Positions 45,718-58,724 of a stretch of DNA of 64,000 bases are shown here, in pieces. Both the position numbers and the translations under genes were made by a program. Below the pieces are notes generated by a model, which worked only from the letters and a program-made list of their open reading frames with translations, was not told the origin of the DNA and did not search any database. The stretch's first letter is position 1, and every line of letters begins with the position of its first letter. Source of the stretch: Neophaeotheca triangularis (lineage: Eukaryota); the NCBI GenBank assembly GCA_054600435.1, contig BAAIJX010000002.1:1-64000 (forward strand), in the 5' to 3' direction.

Positions 45718-48169
45718 ACACAGCGAGAGTCTACCTAGGTAGTCGACCTCGGGACTAGCGCTTTGCTGTGTGTGACTGCGCCTTTCGAGGGGGCGCGCGA
45801 ACAGAAGACGCTCGTGCTGAGCCTTTAGTGGTTGATCAAAGACGCGCAGGCATGTCAGACGGCTGGCCGTTGCCCAGGGCGGAGTAGGGAGGCTTGCTCA
45901 AGTAAGCACGTTCTTTTTTGGGTTTATTCTCCTGAGTGCACTGTTGGGGAGATTTGGATGCAGTGTTTGTGTTTAGAGCGCTACACGCGGCTCCGGTGAA
46001 GGGTTGTCTGCTCGGTTGGCGAAGAGTTTGGCGTAAGGGGTAGTCTATGTCGGGTAGGAGTAGGGGGTGCGATCACTAGGTCTCGGGTGGGGTTTGCGTC
46101 GTCGTCGACCGACGACGACAGCCCGTCTATGCATGTGACTGTATGAGTTAACTTGGCTCGATCTGCTGTCGAAGGTTTGAGGTGAGGTTGATTATTTTAT
46201 TAGATGTTATGTGGCCTGGTGGTCTGGTGTGGTGTGGTCTGCGAACAACCAAGCCCCCGCACTCAGGTTCGGTGTCGCCTTTCTAGGTACCTAGGTACTG
46301 CCTAGGTATTTAGGTACTCATTACCAAGCCTGGGCTATCTCGCTAGGTACCTAAGGTAGGTTACTATTAATCTGCGTCAGTCTGTGCCTGTTACCTGGAA
46401 ACCGGTGAAGATATAGAGCCATCTGTTTGGCTGCCCGCTGTCACGTCAACAGGCATAGGGCGGCTCGGTAGACCAGTAAGTCATCCACGTGCAAGGGTGA
46501 TCTCAGATTGTCACCATTATCAACATGTACGACGAATCCTTCGACTTAGGACGAGTTACTGCAGGTCTTTGGGTCCGAGTTTCCGCGTGGACGTCAAAGA
46601 TCGTCCCGTCGTTGATTACAACTTGTTTACAGCGACCGTTGCCAGACTCATCGTCATGGTCGTGATGCATCGCTAAAGTGGGCAACTTAGCGGCGTCTCG
46701 CATGTAGAGTACGCCATTTCACCTCTACTCATCTAGCAAAGCCTGTGGTAGTCACCGGTAGCTCCAAATGCATGCGAAGCATTAGATGACGACGATGGTA
46801 GTAGTAACAAAGACGGCCAGATATAAATGAATTGATTAGTTAGTAGTGTGACGGTGAAGAATAGATGCTGAGCCTCACTTGAGAGTTGAGCTAAACTCCA
46901 AACAGCTGAAACTACACTTCAATAGGACTAGTTTCTCGGTAAATGGTGCCAAAGATACCACAATCTCTGGAATGCCGACCTCCCGACACCGCTTGCCAGT
47001 CACACTACCTCAAGGTACTACTACTACTCCTCCCTCACACACAGCCACGCGCATGCAACATGCGACCTGCAGGAAGCTAAACTACTACCCACCCGGGCAC
47101 GCCGAACTCTTGTCTCGTCTTGCTCTCATCACGCATTCGTGACTTTCCAACGACGTGGGACGCTCGGTGCGGATTGAACGGACCGCTGCTGCTGCTGCTA
47201 CTGCTACTGCTGCTCTTTATTATTGTTATCAATATCTGCTTGCGGTGAAGACGGTACCTCGCTACCCCCCGGGCGTAGCACAACCGTGCCCGGAGGAGAC
47301 AGAACCCGCCCATGCTCGCCCGATATAGGCATAGCTCGTCTCTTTCTGCGTCGCTTTGGGCCACATTCGTGACCTTCCCACGCCCTTGAACTTAGCTCTC
47401 GGGCATATTTTGGTTTCCGGATAGATCTGCTCACCGTTCCCCTCCCCATCTTAGCGTGGCTTCTCCCTTCCCTTCGGGTACCACGAGGCATATTAACTTA
47501 TTAAGCCCTCCACCAATCGAGCGCGCGGGACCACCCTTTTGTGCATTCTTCCCGTCAACGGCATCACCGTTGTTGCCAGGGATTGGGAGATTGGGGTTGG
47601 AACTTGAGGGCATTGGGAAAATGTCACGCTAGATCAAGGGTCTCGCAATGGATGTGGTTTGTGCTGTGCATCTCTGATTTGGGGCCGCAAAGGCAATTTA
47701 ATTTATACATAGACTACGACTTCGCCCCCTTCCAATGCAGACCTAATTCCAGCACGCTGCATACTGTCAAGATAGTGTGCCTGGCAATCTTACCTCATCA
47801 AACTTCAAAGGTCTCCAAGTTTGAAGCCGGTTATTACATTATTGCGTCCTCATAAGGCTGTTGCGACCCAAGTGAATTCCTGCGCTCAGGTACCCGTCGA
47901 TCCTCTCCTGGCCACGCGAATCACATTCCTTGCAAACCCCAGGAATCCGAGCTTATCCTAGTCGACACTCGACGCATAACGAGCTGGTCACTGTAACGAC
48001 TCACTGCTTGTATTCGGAACTCCTACCTGGACGGTGGTGAATCGTTCCATTTACAACGTACGCTCTGGCGATCAACTTCGATCCTCCATCAGAAGCCAAC
48101 ACCTCGGAAAGCCGCTGAGCTGGTGGTAGTGTTACAACGCACCATTGTCTATGTATTAAGAGCTTCAGC

Positions 48170-50670
48170 ATGGCATCCTTTGCAGAATACACACAACAAG
48201 ACATGGCTTCTTCTGACGACTTTACCCTCTTCCCTTTTGGTGGACGTGAAGTGTGGAGCCAACCCCAGCAATACATGCCCCCCACGACGCAGCATGGCCA
48301 AGCCTACCAGCACCCGACTTCATTCGAATCGGAACCTTCTCAACAGCTCTACGACCAGCACATTCCCGATCAATATACATCTGGTGCAAACCAAGCATAT
48401 CGACAGGTCAAGAGCAATGTGCCAGGACTTTACCCGACGTACTCTCCAAGTAACTCAGTAGCGCCCTCGTTCGACAGCCACTACCCTCATCTTTCTAGCA
48501 TATCCGATTCGGGCGCATCTGTTCAAAGCACCATCTCCTCACGCATGGCATCACCTTCGATGCGAGCACAGCAGGGTTATTCTTGCAATCAGTCTGGGCA
48601 GCAGCACATCAGTGCTCTACCTGGCGTTGATCGCGAGGAGTTCAATGCAGATACATTCGCGACAACAGGATATGAAATCGATAACGGCCTCGCTACGGAT
48701 AAGGGCTGTGTTGGTGAGTTTGCGACAATTCCTACTTCTTGCCCTGCGAATGCCGGGATTGCCATGAATGAGGACGGCTTTTCTTTTTCCCTTCCCCTAA
48801 CGCATGCTCTTCCAAGACGGTCATCTGGAAGAAGTAGCACGGGCACATTCGACTCTGGGATACCGATGATGCCTACTCAGGAGATGACTGTCGGTGCAAG
48901 CTCACAAGATGGCCGATTCAAATCGCCTACTGCACCCGCTTCCTTTGTCCACAGCGGAGTACGAGGACAGAACCAAATGTCCTGCCACCCTCCACACAGT
49001 ACACACGCAATGTTGGCGCTCAGCTCCGCCAACCAAGAGGTCAACAACAGCGATCCGGTTTGGAACGAGAATCAGGATCCCACTCGCCCAGCAACTGCTA
49101 GTCCGGGTTTCCCTTCACCTTTCTTTTCTCAGTCTAGCGGCAGTTTCGTTTATCCCCTTGAGTCTTCTTGTTCGTCTCCTTTCTATGTGCTTTGCTTAAT
49201 TCGACGTTAGCGTTCGGTAGAGCTGCTGCTGACTCAATTCTCGCAGATCCGTCGCTAATTCAGCCATTCTCGCCGACTCAATACGATAACTCACAGTTCC
49301 CAGTCATGCAACCAGTCCAAACTCCACAGATGTCCTTGTACCCACAAGCGCCATCCCCGGCGCTCTCGACGAACTCGAGTCCACGAGACTCGCACAGCCA
49401 ATGGCTCGACCCGCAGTCTCCTTACCACTGGCAACCACACCAATCATATGATGGCTCAAGGAGACGATCAGTCTCTTCGGTACATTCGCACAACAGCTCA
49501 GAATCAGCCAACTCCCTGGACTCGAACAAGGGCCTGTGTCCGATAACTTCTTGTGGGAGGCACTTTAAAGACCTCAAAGCTCACATGCTCACCCACCAGA
49601 ACGAGCGTCCAGAAAAGTGTCCGATAGCAACCTGCGAGTACCACGTCAAGGGATTTGCGAGAAAGTACGACAAGAACAGACACACTTTGACACATTACAA
49701 GGGGACAATGGTGTGCGGGTTCTGCCCTGGCAGTGGAAGCGCGGCCGAGAAGAGCTTCAATCGCGCAGATGTCTTCAAGCGGCATCTCACATCGGTTCAT
49801 GGTGTTGACCAAACACCACCGAATGCACGGAAAAAGAGCCCGGTCTCAGGTGGTCACAAACGAGGCGCCGGTGTAGCACAGAATGTCCCTGGCGTGTGCT
49901 CGACGTGCGGTGTGACCTTTATCGACGCGCAAGCCTTCTACGAGCACCTAGACGACTGCGTGCTGCGAGTCGTGCAGCAGACCGATCCGGGTGAAGCCAT
50001 CAATGAAAGGCTTCTCACCTCCGTCGCCGACGACCCCGACGTCCAAGCGACGATGAGCAGACACCTGCTCCCCACGACCCTCGACTACAATGCCCCGACC
50101 TCCTTCGCCGACGACAACGCCAACGAAGACGACATGGACCCAAAATGCACCACCGACCGCGCCACCCGCCCACCCAGACCCACCCTCCGCCGCAACCGCA
50201 CCAGCAACTCCATCAACAACCCCCACGTCACCACGAGCGGCGGCATCACCAAACCCACCGCCCGCGGCCTCACGCGCTCCAAAAACGGCGTCCCCCTCAT
50301 CGCGCCCTCCAACCCCTTCAACGCCAGCACCAGCACCACCAGCAAAAGCAACAACAACAAACGCCGCAAAAACTACCCCCTCTCGTGGGGCGCGGCGCCA
50401 GACGCCATGAAGATGAAGAAACGCGTCCTGTGCGTCTACGACGGGCAGCGCAGGCTTTGGAAGGACGACTTGATGCTGAATGCCGATCATGAGGTGCGGA
50501 TGCCGCTGGGGCGTGGGGTCGGGGATGGCAGGGCTTGGACGACGGATTTGGATGTGCTGACGGTGAGGCGGGCCGAGGGGTTGTTGGGTGCGACTGATGA
50601 GGAGAAGGGGCCTTGGGTTGAGGGGAATGAGGGGGTTGGGGAGGAGGAGTTGAGGGCTTTGATGCAGTAG
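48170..50670 (+). CDS. C2H2 zinc-finger transcription factor
   Basis: Fingers CPITSCGRHFKDLKAHMLTH, CPIATCEYHVKGFARKYDKNRHTLTH, CGFC...FNRADVFKRHLTSVH, CSTCGVTF...FYEHLDDC. Acceptor at 49246 (GCTGAC...TCGCAG) joins in frame to donor 48714 or donor 49170. Confidence 0.88.
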
Positions 50671-51497
50671 TTTGTGTTAGGGCAGCTGGGGTTTGAGTCT
50701 GGTGGTGGTGATGCTGGGTAGCGCGAGGGTTTGGGTTTGGGTTTTCTTTTTGTGCAGACACTCGCTGGTTCGAGGGGGTTTTTATGATGTGATACCATAC
50801 CATTGGATGGCTGGGATGTTATGGAATGTGTTATGATTGAATGTAGGAGGGGAGTTTTGATTGTTTGGCTGGTTGTTTTCACGGTAGATACCTAACTTGC
50901 TTCTTGGATGAATGATCGATGTTCTTGCTGGCTGAGCCTCTTGCTGATTGCGGTTTTGGTACACCTTACCTACCTTTCTACAATTGCGGGTGAGGTACTC
51001 GACTGAATTTTTTCACTTTCAGACTCGGTCTGAATTCGACGCACGAACACTGAGCCCAGGTTCTCAAGTCTTTACCCACGAGAAGCCGATTCTGAATAAC
51101 TGACCACTAGGTTGTTGCAACGTACGCAAGCAGGTGTCCATACCAAATCAGGAAGCACGCATGAAAGTAGAACAATTGGGTGCAGCAAATCTCTATGGTG
51201 TATTTGTGTATAATCTATCGTGTGTGATGGAGCTCACGGGTTCTCGACCGGGCTCACGTGTAGCGCAGAAAAACTCCAGATAACCCTCCGTCCTCGTAGT
51301 CGAAACGTACGGGAGGGCACAACCTCAAAAAACATACCACCTTCCCGTCTCTCACCCATCACTTCGACTCAAAAGGACTAGTGCAGCAAGGGAAAGTTCC
51401 AATCACACCAGACCTCCCGCGTCACCCTCGCCACCCACACTTGCCCACCACCAACGACCCCTCCCAGCAGCAACTTCACAACCCCACCCTGAGCCAT

Positions 51498-51950
51498 CTA
51501 ACCACCATACTTGGCCCTCCCAAGCGCCTCATTAAACAACCTTACATTCCAATAAAACGGCCTCATCTCGACCAACTTCTCCTCGCGCCAATCAACCCGG
51601 GCATGCTGCACCAACGGCCAGCTCAGCTCCTCGCCCGTCTTGCGCACCCGCAGCGTCAAATGGCTCAAGACGACCACCTCGTCGCCGCGCTCCAGAATCC
51701 GCACGTCCGTGACGTCGACCCGGTTGAAGTCGTTGACAAACTCCTCGTACCAGGCGGCCATGCCGCTGTGGCCCGTGTAGACGCCGCCGTAGGGCAGGTC
51801 CGGCGACTGGTGCAGCGTGAAGTGCGTGCTGACCACGGCTAGGATGCTGTTGATGTCGCGCGTCTCCGGTGGCGACGACATGTATTTGTTTTCGGCGGTG
51901 TAGAAGCGTTGCATTAGGGCTTCGGCGCGGGTGGGTTGCTTGTCGGCCAT
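51498..51950 (-). CDS. SnoaL/NTF2-like small protein
   Basis: 150 aa; SPDLPYGGVYTGHSGM, VDVTDVRILERGDEVVV, EMRPFYWN pattern; GC3-rich codons. Confidence 0.8.
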   Translation of the reverse strand: MADKQPTRAEALMQRFYTAENKYMSSPPETRDINSILAVVSTHFTLHQSPDLPYGGVYTGHSGMAAWYEEFVNDFNRVDVTDVRILERGDEVVVLSHLTLRVRKTGEELSWPLVQHARVDWREEKLVEMRPFYWNVRLFNEALGRAKYGG

Positions 51951-53134
51951 GGTTGCGGAGGGGGGTTTTTTTTTGTTGAGATGTTTTCCGGGGGTTGGTT
52001 TTGGTTTGGATGCGAGTCCTGGTGCTTTGGCTCGTGGATACTAGGTAGTATTGGCAACCTCGTCCCAAGCGGAGTAGGTTGGTGCAGACAGAAGTGGCGA
52101 GTCGAGAAGATGGAAGTTCCGATGCGGTAGTCCTAACCTTCCTCGTCAAGTCAAGTCAAATCTCAATCAAGGTCAACTTTCTCCGTTGATGGAATGGGCA
52201 GAGTAGTGGTAGTAGTAGTAGTGGTGGTGGTGGTGGAAAAGAAGAAACGTGGAACAATCAGTCGTCGTCACGTTTGAGAGAGAAAGTAAAGAATTATTGA
52301 GAACAAAGTAACCCTAGAATTCTCTGCTCCCGACCTAGCTAGGCAAACCAACTAGCCAACCAACTACTAAACACTACTGAATAACATAACGTTACCCGTA
52401 AAACCCTCCACGCTGAATTCGAAACAAATAATAATAAAAGGTAATGATCAATAAAATCTACCGCCACTGGCGCTCCACGCTTCGTGAAGTTCCACCGCGA
52501 TGACAGCACAAATGCGCCAGAAGGCCCACCTGCACTTTGACTCGACGCAAGATTTCACTACTCTGCCCTCGATTGGCTGCCAGACCGTGGACGTCAACCT
52601 TTTTTGTCTTTTGTGAATGATGAGACCTCCGACTTTGCGCCGGTGCTTTTTGGCGTGCGCCGACGTCTCGTTGCCGAGGATCATCGGCTTTTCTTCAGCA
52701 CATGCCGGCCGGTGGTACGAATGTTGGTGATAGGGCCGAGAGTTGCTGTAGTAGTGCCAAGTAGTAGTATTTGGTAGTAGTACTTGGTAGTAGTGTTGAT
52801 GGACGGATGTGTGGTGTGATGATGATGATCGAAACATGATCCAAGGTTTGATGTTGCTTGAGGTGGGGTAGGGAGCGAGCTGGATAATGTTTCCGAGCGG
52901 GGCAAAAGGGGGTCAGATTGCGATAATTGGGAAGTTTGGGAGCAGGCGGCGGTGAGGGACGGCAATAATGGTCATGGAAGACTCGATGTGGTACGGTATG
53001 CGGCATGTCGGATCAACGAGGTAGAGAGTAGAGAGGGTCGACGTGTTTGTCAAGGCTTGTGTAGCCGGTTGATCAGGCGCAGTACGATTGACAACAGGAT
53101 ATATGCAATACGGTCGCGAGGTCTTTCATCAATT

Positions 53135-53226
53135 GGCCGCGTGGCCCAATGGCAAGGCGCTTGACTACGATTGCTTACAACGGCATTGGTATCAAGAGAT
53201 TCCAGGTTCGACCCCTGGCGTGGTCA
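53135..53226 (+). tRNA. tRNA-Arg(ACG): tRNA-Arg (anticodon ACG) with 20-nt intron 53171..53190
   Basis: Acceptor stem GGCCGCG/CGTGGTC; D-arm TGGCCCAATGGCAAGGC; anticodon arm CTTGA-CT-ACG-A^A-TCAAG; T-arm CCAGG-TTCGACC-CCTGG. Mature length 72 nt; downstream T-runs. Confidence 0.96.
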
Positions 53227-53908
53227 ATATTCTTTTGTCTTTTTGATGTTCATTCAAAGGCTCTTTTTATTTTGTTCTTTTGCCCGAAATTTACAAGTTA
53301 ATTGTTGTGAGGCAATGCGCTTGCTTTTTACAATATTCGTGAAGTAACTATCAATAAATTGCAAGGGCTGTCCGGGTTAGAGGTAGGGTGCAGCCCCTGA
53401 ACTCGATCGGCTTAGTAGGAGGCACTGCTGATGAGATGCTGCACCCCTGGGTTCTCTATTGAGGCCCGAATTATGCCTGGGTGTACTTACAACGTACTGT
53501 AAATTGATAACTATTGACCATGTTCCACAAGTACTCGTCACAGATCGACTATGTCTGTGGATTCTGAGCCTAACGAAGAGTCGAGGACGGCAAAGAGTCG
53601 AGTAGGTAGATAGGTAGGTAGGTAGGTGCTAGTGGGTAGGTACTGGGACTCGGTCCAGACCTCATACGGATGAGACAAGCTTGCTTGGAGCTGTCCCGTA
53701 CCTAGCTAGCTGTACATCACTTTACCGCTCAGTCGAACTTCCTTGAAATTTGGAATTTGAAAGGGATTGATATTCAACTGAACCTTTTCCATCTTTCAAG
53801 TCTCATATGACCATGGCGTTTGTCGGGGCAAGCTCAAAACCTCCTTGATCAACGTGTCCCACACGCGCTGCCTACAGTCGCAAGCTCCAAAGTCTCACCA
53901 CCGGCAAC

Positions 53909-55668
53909 ATGACCAGGCGCATAGTAAGTCAAGGCCAATACGACATACTAAACCCTCACTCTGACAGACTCCATCGCAGGTACGGACGCTGACCCAGATT
54001 GGCGCATTTGTCGCCCTGGTCCTGACCATTGTCTTCCTTGCCGATTCTCGCTACCGGATACTGCCCAATAACATCCACACTGCCCTCCCTACCCACCATT
54101 CCGGGACCGTCATCACCGACATCAGAATCACCTACTGCTCGACCCTAAATCCGCTATCATCATGCCGTCTCGATCCAGAAAAATGGCATCGGATAGAGAA
54201 GGACCTTTTCCTCGACTCTGGCTGGTTGCGTAGCGCATATCTACACGTGAAGCGGAGGCAGGAGGAGGAATTGGGTACAAACGACAAAGTCGTCATGGAC
54301 GTGAGGGTAGGGCGACTAGATCCGGGCGTAGGCGAGAAGGGCCAGGACGCCGAGAAGTGGGAGAGCAGACCCGGGGGTGTCTGGATATTGAGGAGTAGCA
54401 AGCGTCACGACAGCGATTCGGAAAGGGCCGTCACATCCGTAGACGTGCTATTCGGCGCCGATGCAGTCGAGCCACGCCCCGGCTGGGAATTGGCACACAC
54501 ACCCCTCATGCTAGACGCAAAACGCGAACTCCAAGTCGCGCGCCTCAGCGTGCGCCACGGCCACCCCAAAACCAGCGACCCCGACGAAATCACCCCTCGC
54601 GTAGGCAAAGACGGCAAGTTCAAAATCCTTCAACTCAGCGACGCACACCTCGCCACAGGCACGGGTATCTGCCGCGATGCAATCACGACAAACAACCAGG
54701 AAATCCCCAACTGCGAAGCCGACGTGCATACATTGGAATTCATCGAAACCATCCTCGACGACGAGAAACCAGACCTAGTGATCCTCTCAGGCGACCAAGT
54801 CGAAGGTCCTCAATCTCCCGACACGCAATCCACCCTTTTCAAACTCGCCGCACCCCTCATAGCCCGCAAAATCCCCTACGCAGCCATATTTGGTAACCAC
54901 GACGACGAGGGCTCGGTCTCCCTTTCCCGTAGCGCGCAAATGTCGCTCCTCCAAACCCTCCCCTTCTCCCTCTCCCAACCAGGCCCCGACCACCTCTCCG
55001 GCGTGGGAAATTATCACTTGGAAATCCTCGCCCCATCCCCCTCCCACCACTCAGCCCTAACCCTATACCTTCTCGATTCCCACAGCCTGACCCCGGACGA
55101 ACGCCACTTCAAAGGCTACGACTGGCTCAAAGACGACCAAATCGCCTGGTTCCGAGAGACTTCGCAAAGCTTGAAAAAGTCCCACGCCAAGTACTCGCAC
55201 ATCCATCTCGACATGGCTTTCATCCACATCCCGCTGCCGGAATACGGCGACCACGGAAAAAGCGGCGCCAGCGTCGTCAAGGGCGGCGATTGGCGCGAGG
55301 CCGTCACAGCCCCAAAATACAATTCCGGTTTCTACGATGCCTTGGCCGAAGAGGGCGTCGTGGCCGTCGGTTGCGGTCACGATCACGTCAACGATTACTG
55401 CTCGCTGCGTACACACGGTGAGGAAGGGGCAGAGGAGACGGGGGAGCGCCGCTTAAAGGGCCCCTGGTTGTGTTATGCTGGTGGCAGTGGGTTTGGCGGG
55501 TATGGCGGGTATGGTGGTTTCCATCGGAGGGTCAGGGTTTGGGAAATGGATAGTAATGCCGGCAGGCTGACGACTTGGAAGAGGGTCGAGTGTTGTGGCG
55601 AGGAGACGCGGAAGAGGGTTGGAGAGTTGGTTGTTGTGGAGGGCGGGAGGGTTGTTGGGGGGGAGTGA
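53909..55668 (+). CDS. DCR2-like: Calcineurin-like metallophosphoesterase, Dcr2/Sia1 family, N-terminal membrane anchor
   Basis: Exon 1 MTRRI, intron 53924..53979, then VRTLTQIGAFVALVLTIVFL. FKILQLSDAH, DLVILSGDQ, AIFGNHDDE, AFIHIPLPEY, CGHDHVNDYC, GFGGYGGY. Confidence 0.9.
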
Positions 55669-56041
55669 AGCGCAATGTACGATAGGGATCCCTGGGGGTT
55701 CGAGGGTTTGGTTGGGTTATGACGAGCGTTGGTGTCTGGCGTTGTGGATTCGAGGCACGGCTATGCTGGGCTGGGTATGCTTTCGCTAGCTCTTTCACGC
55801 CAGCTGGGAAAAGATCAATTTGAAAGCATAGCATGCGGCACTCTCATTCAAAAGTCACTTCCGGAATTAGGGCGCCGCAGAAGGTGAAATCAAGAAGGCT
55901 TCGATTTTCCAGCTCTAAGCCGACAAGGTAAAATTACAATCGTCGTCGTCTTCACTACCACGGTAGTAACGCCGAGTACTCCCCAGTCCACCCCGAAGAT
56001 GATAAGAATACAAAAGACCGCCCAAGATCCGATACGGGCAC

Positions 56042-58724
56042 TTAGACCCCCACCCCGGCCCCCCTCTGCCGCATCAAAAAAGTCACATCGTTCAAAAACC
56101 CCTCCACAACCTCCCGATACGCATTCCCCTTCCCCTCGACCGCCAGCTGCAACTGTTCGCGCAGAACCTTCGCGTCAACTTCCACTTCCAGCTCGTACTT
56201 ACTCCCAGGCATACCGGCGACGTCCACTTTCGTCAAGTCGACTTGATACGCCAAGTGTTTGTAACTCAGCCGGTCTTTTCTGCGTTCCGGTTGCGGTGGG
56301 TGCGTGGCCGACGGCGGCATGGTGATTAGTTCTGGATCGAGCTCGGGGACGTCCATGTTGCTTTCCAGGTTGATGGAGACGCGGCAATCGTAGCTATCGG
56401 CCGGGTTGTAGATGTGTAGGTCGGCGAGTTTGAGTTTGATGATGCGAGCGGTGACGGCTTGGGTTTTGGTGTTGGTGGTTGTGCGCAAACGGAGTTCGCG
56501 GTTCTGTTGGGTCGTGTGGTTTTTAATGGCCGGAGGTAGGGCGTTCAGGCCGGCTTGGGAGAGCGGGGAGAAGGTGTCGGTTTCGTAGGTGTGTTTGTAG
56601 GAAATGGGGACGCGGCCGCGGGTGTTGGATTTTTGGGTCGTGGCGTTGAGGTATTGATTCATGTGTTGGTGCTCGGCCTGGGAGATGGGTTAGTGTGGGG
56701 GGTTTGTTTGGGAGGCGGTTGATGTGGGCTGGGAGGCTTACCGGGCCCATTTCGCTTTCAAAGTAGTAGTGATGGTTGAGATCGGGGTTTATGACAGTGG
56801 CGGTCGTAACTGGGAGGTTGACGCGTTGGTCGCTGGCTTTGCTGAAGAGCGTGCCGATTTTGGCTTCGATTTCTAGCGTGCCTTGACGCGGGTCGTGGCC
56901 GATGTTTTCGTATTTGGCTAGTGTTTGGTACAGCCATTGTTGCACGTATTTGGACATGGAGGAGGCGGGTTCGGTCCATTCGAATGTCTTCTCCCATTGG
57001 CCGAGGAGGCTGCGCGCGTTCATGAGGTCGTGGTCGAGTGGTGGATTTTCGAGCCAGGGGTTTTCGGCGTCTGCAACTCCGTTTGTTGGCGGCTGAGGAT
57101 GAGTTTGAGGTGGTGCTGGGGGTTGCTTGTTCTTTTGGGAGGGAGGTTGCTGATGCAGTGGTACAGCACCATTCGGTACCGCGCCGCCGTTGGCCCTCGG
57201 GTTCTTGGCAGAGTATCGAGCCCAGATAGGTCGTTCTTGATATTTCCTCTTCGATCGCTTCGTTGGCGGTTCTGCTGCCGGAGTTGTTTCGGCAAGTCGC
57301 TTCAAACTGGGCTTCGTGTCTTGCTGTACGTGATAGGTGGTGCCATTGCTCATGGGATCATGATACACGCCTTCACCGTGTATCTCATTGACAGGCTTCG
57401 TGTCCATCGGAGGAGGTGCTGCGACGGCTTCCTTCTTCGGCCCAGGTGAGGGGCGAGGGCCTTGGTTGGTCTTCACTCCTTGTGAAGGCATGTTATTGTT
57501 CATGTTGACGGCCTGGTTACCAGATCCGTTTGTGGAAGCAAGAAGCTGATTCATCCCCATCCTTTGAGGCTGATGTTGTTTCAGTGTTGGAGACAGACTG
57601 CTTGCTTGTGACAAAGGGGCTCCGTTTTCTGCACCTTCGGCTTTGCCCGCAACTGTACTCGCCATGGAGGTCTGTGCTGACAACGCTGGTGGTTGTGCGA
57701 CTTCACTTGCCATATTTACGTGTGGTGGCTGTGACGCCACGGCCGGGTTGTGTGGAAGTGTGGTAGTGGCTGAGACGCCACTTGGTTGCATCGAATTCCT
57801 TGCGCTGTACATTTCTTGACTACTGTGTCGCGAGCCGAGTGACGGTGGGCGAGGAGGCACTTTTGTCTTGGGACTGACAGATACGCTACGTTCTCGGTCC
57901 ACTTGATTGAGGTAGTCACTAGTACGACGTTTGTGCTGGGGAGAGGGCCGTTGATAAGTGCTTGGCGAATCCAAAAGATTCCCTATGCTTGGATGATGTT
58001 GGGCTGGCGAGCCTGCTGCTATTCCGTTGGAGGCGCCTGAAAAATTCCGTTGCAGGTGTGGGCTGTGGGCATCTGCCTGACTGTGATGCGATGTGCGCTG
58101 GTAATGCAACGGTGGGGGACCCAGCGGCGTACTCGGCGTTGATTGATGCGGTTGTTGATATGAGGGATGCTGATTGGTTCCCTGTGACAGGCCGGTGACT
58201 GGACTCTGCCGAAGGGAATGGGGTACCTGGCTGTGATGCGATTGCGGTGTTGAGGAATGCGAAGAAGTCGGTTGCCGTTGCAGGGCCTGAGGACCGCCGT
58301 TGGATTGATATACCCCGCCGGGTGAGCCTTGATGCCCTCCGCCTGGAAGTATGCCACCCGGTGTTTGTGCTGAGTAGCTTTCATAAGATGGTCGGTACTG
58401 ATGTCCTCCTGGTGGGGCTATAGGGCTTTGCTGGGGATAAGCGAACGGCTGATGTTGAGCAGCGGAAGGTGTTCGCAGCGGGGTTAGACCTCGACTTTGC
58501 GATACCATGGATCGATCGTGAGAGTGTCTGTCTTGGGTAGGAGTGGCATATAACGGGGTTTGCTGGTAAGTCGGCATAGCATATCCGCCGGGGGTCGCGG
58601 GCGGTCCATTTGGTGCGCCTGGCGTATAGGCGGGGGGATAATCACTCCGCTGCACCTCTGGAGACTTTTGCGGTGCTGTCTTGTCCGGCGGAGGGCCGTC
58701 GTTGAGCATGGAAGACAGATCCAT
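56042..58724 (-). CDS. CET1: mRNA-capping enzyme beta subunit (RNA 5'-triphosphatase, CYTH/TTM fold) with long low-complexity N-terminus
   Basis: PIWA guanylyltransferase-binding-like motif; motif A LEIEAKIG; intron 56741..56678; LRLRTTT, DCRVSINLE, RRKDRLSY, QVDLTKV; motif C YELEVEV. Confidence 0.9.

Noticed and set aside
44240..48169. Telomerase RNA or snRNA candidate in the long intergenic region
   Set aside because: No TAACCCTAA template or recognisable snRNA/RNase P/MRP motif found by eye; a covariance-model search would be needed to exclude it.
52200..53006. Short ORFs and GTA/GTG-rich repeats between the SnoaL gene and the tRNA
   Set aside because: Low-complexity sequence, no coherent codon bias or splice structure.
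53428..53475. CTGATGA resembling a hammerhead ribozyme core or C box; nearby TGAACTCGATC resembling a TPP riboswitch segment
   Set aside because: No GAAA with proper stems, no matched D box with terminal stem, no CTGAGA element.
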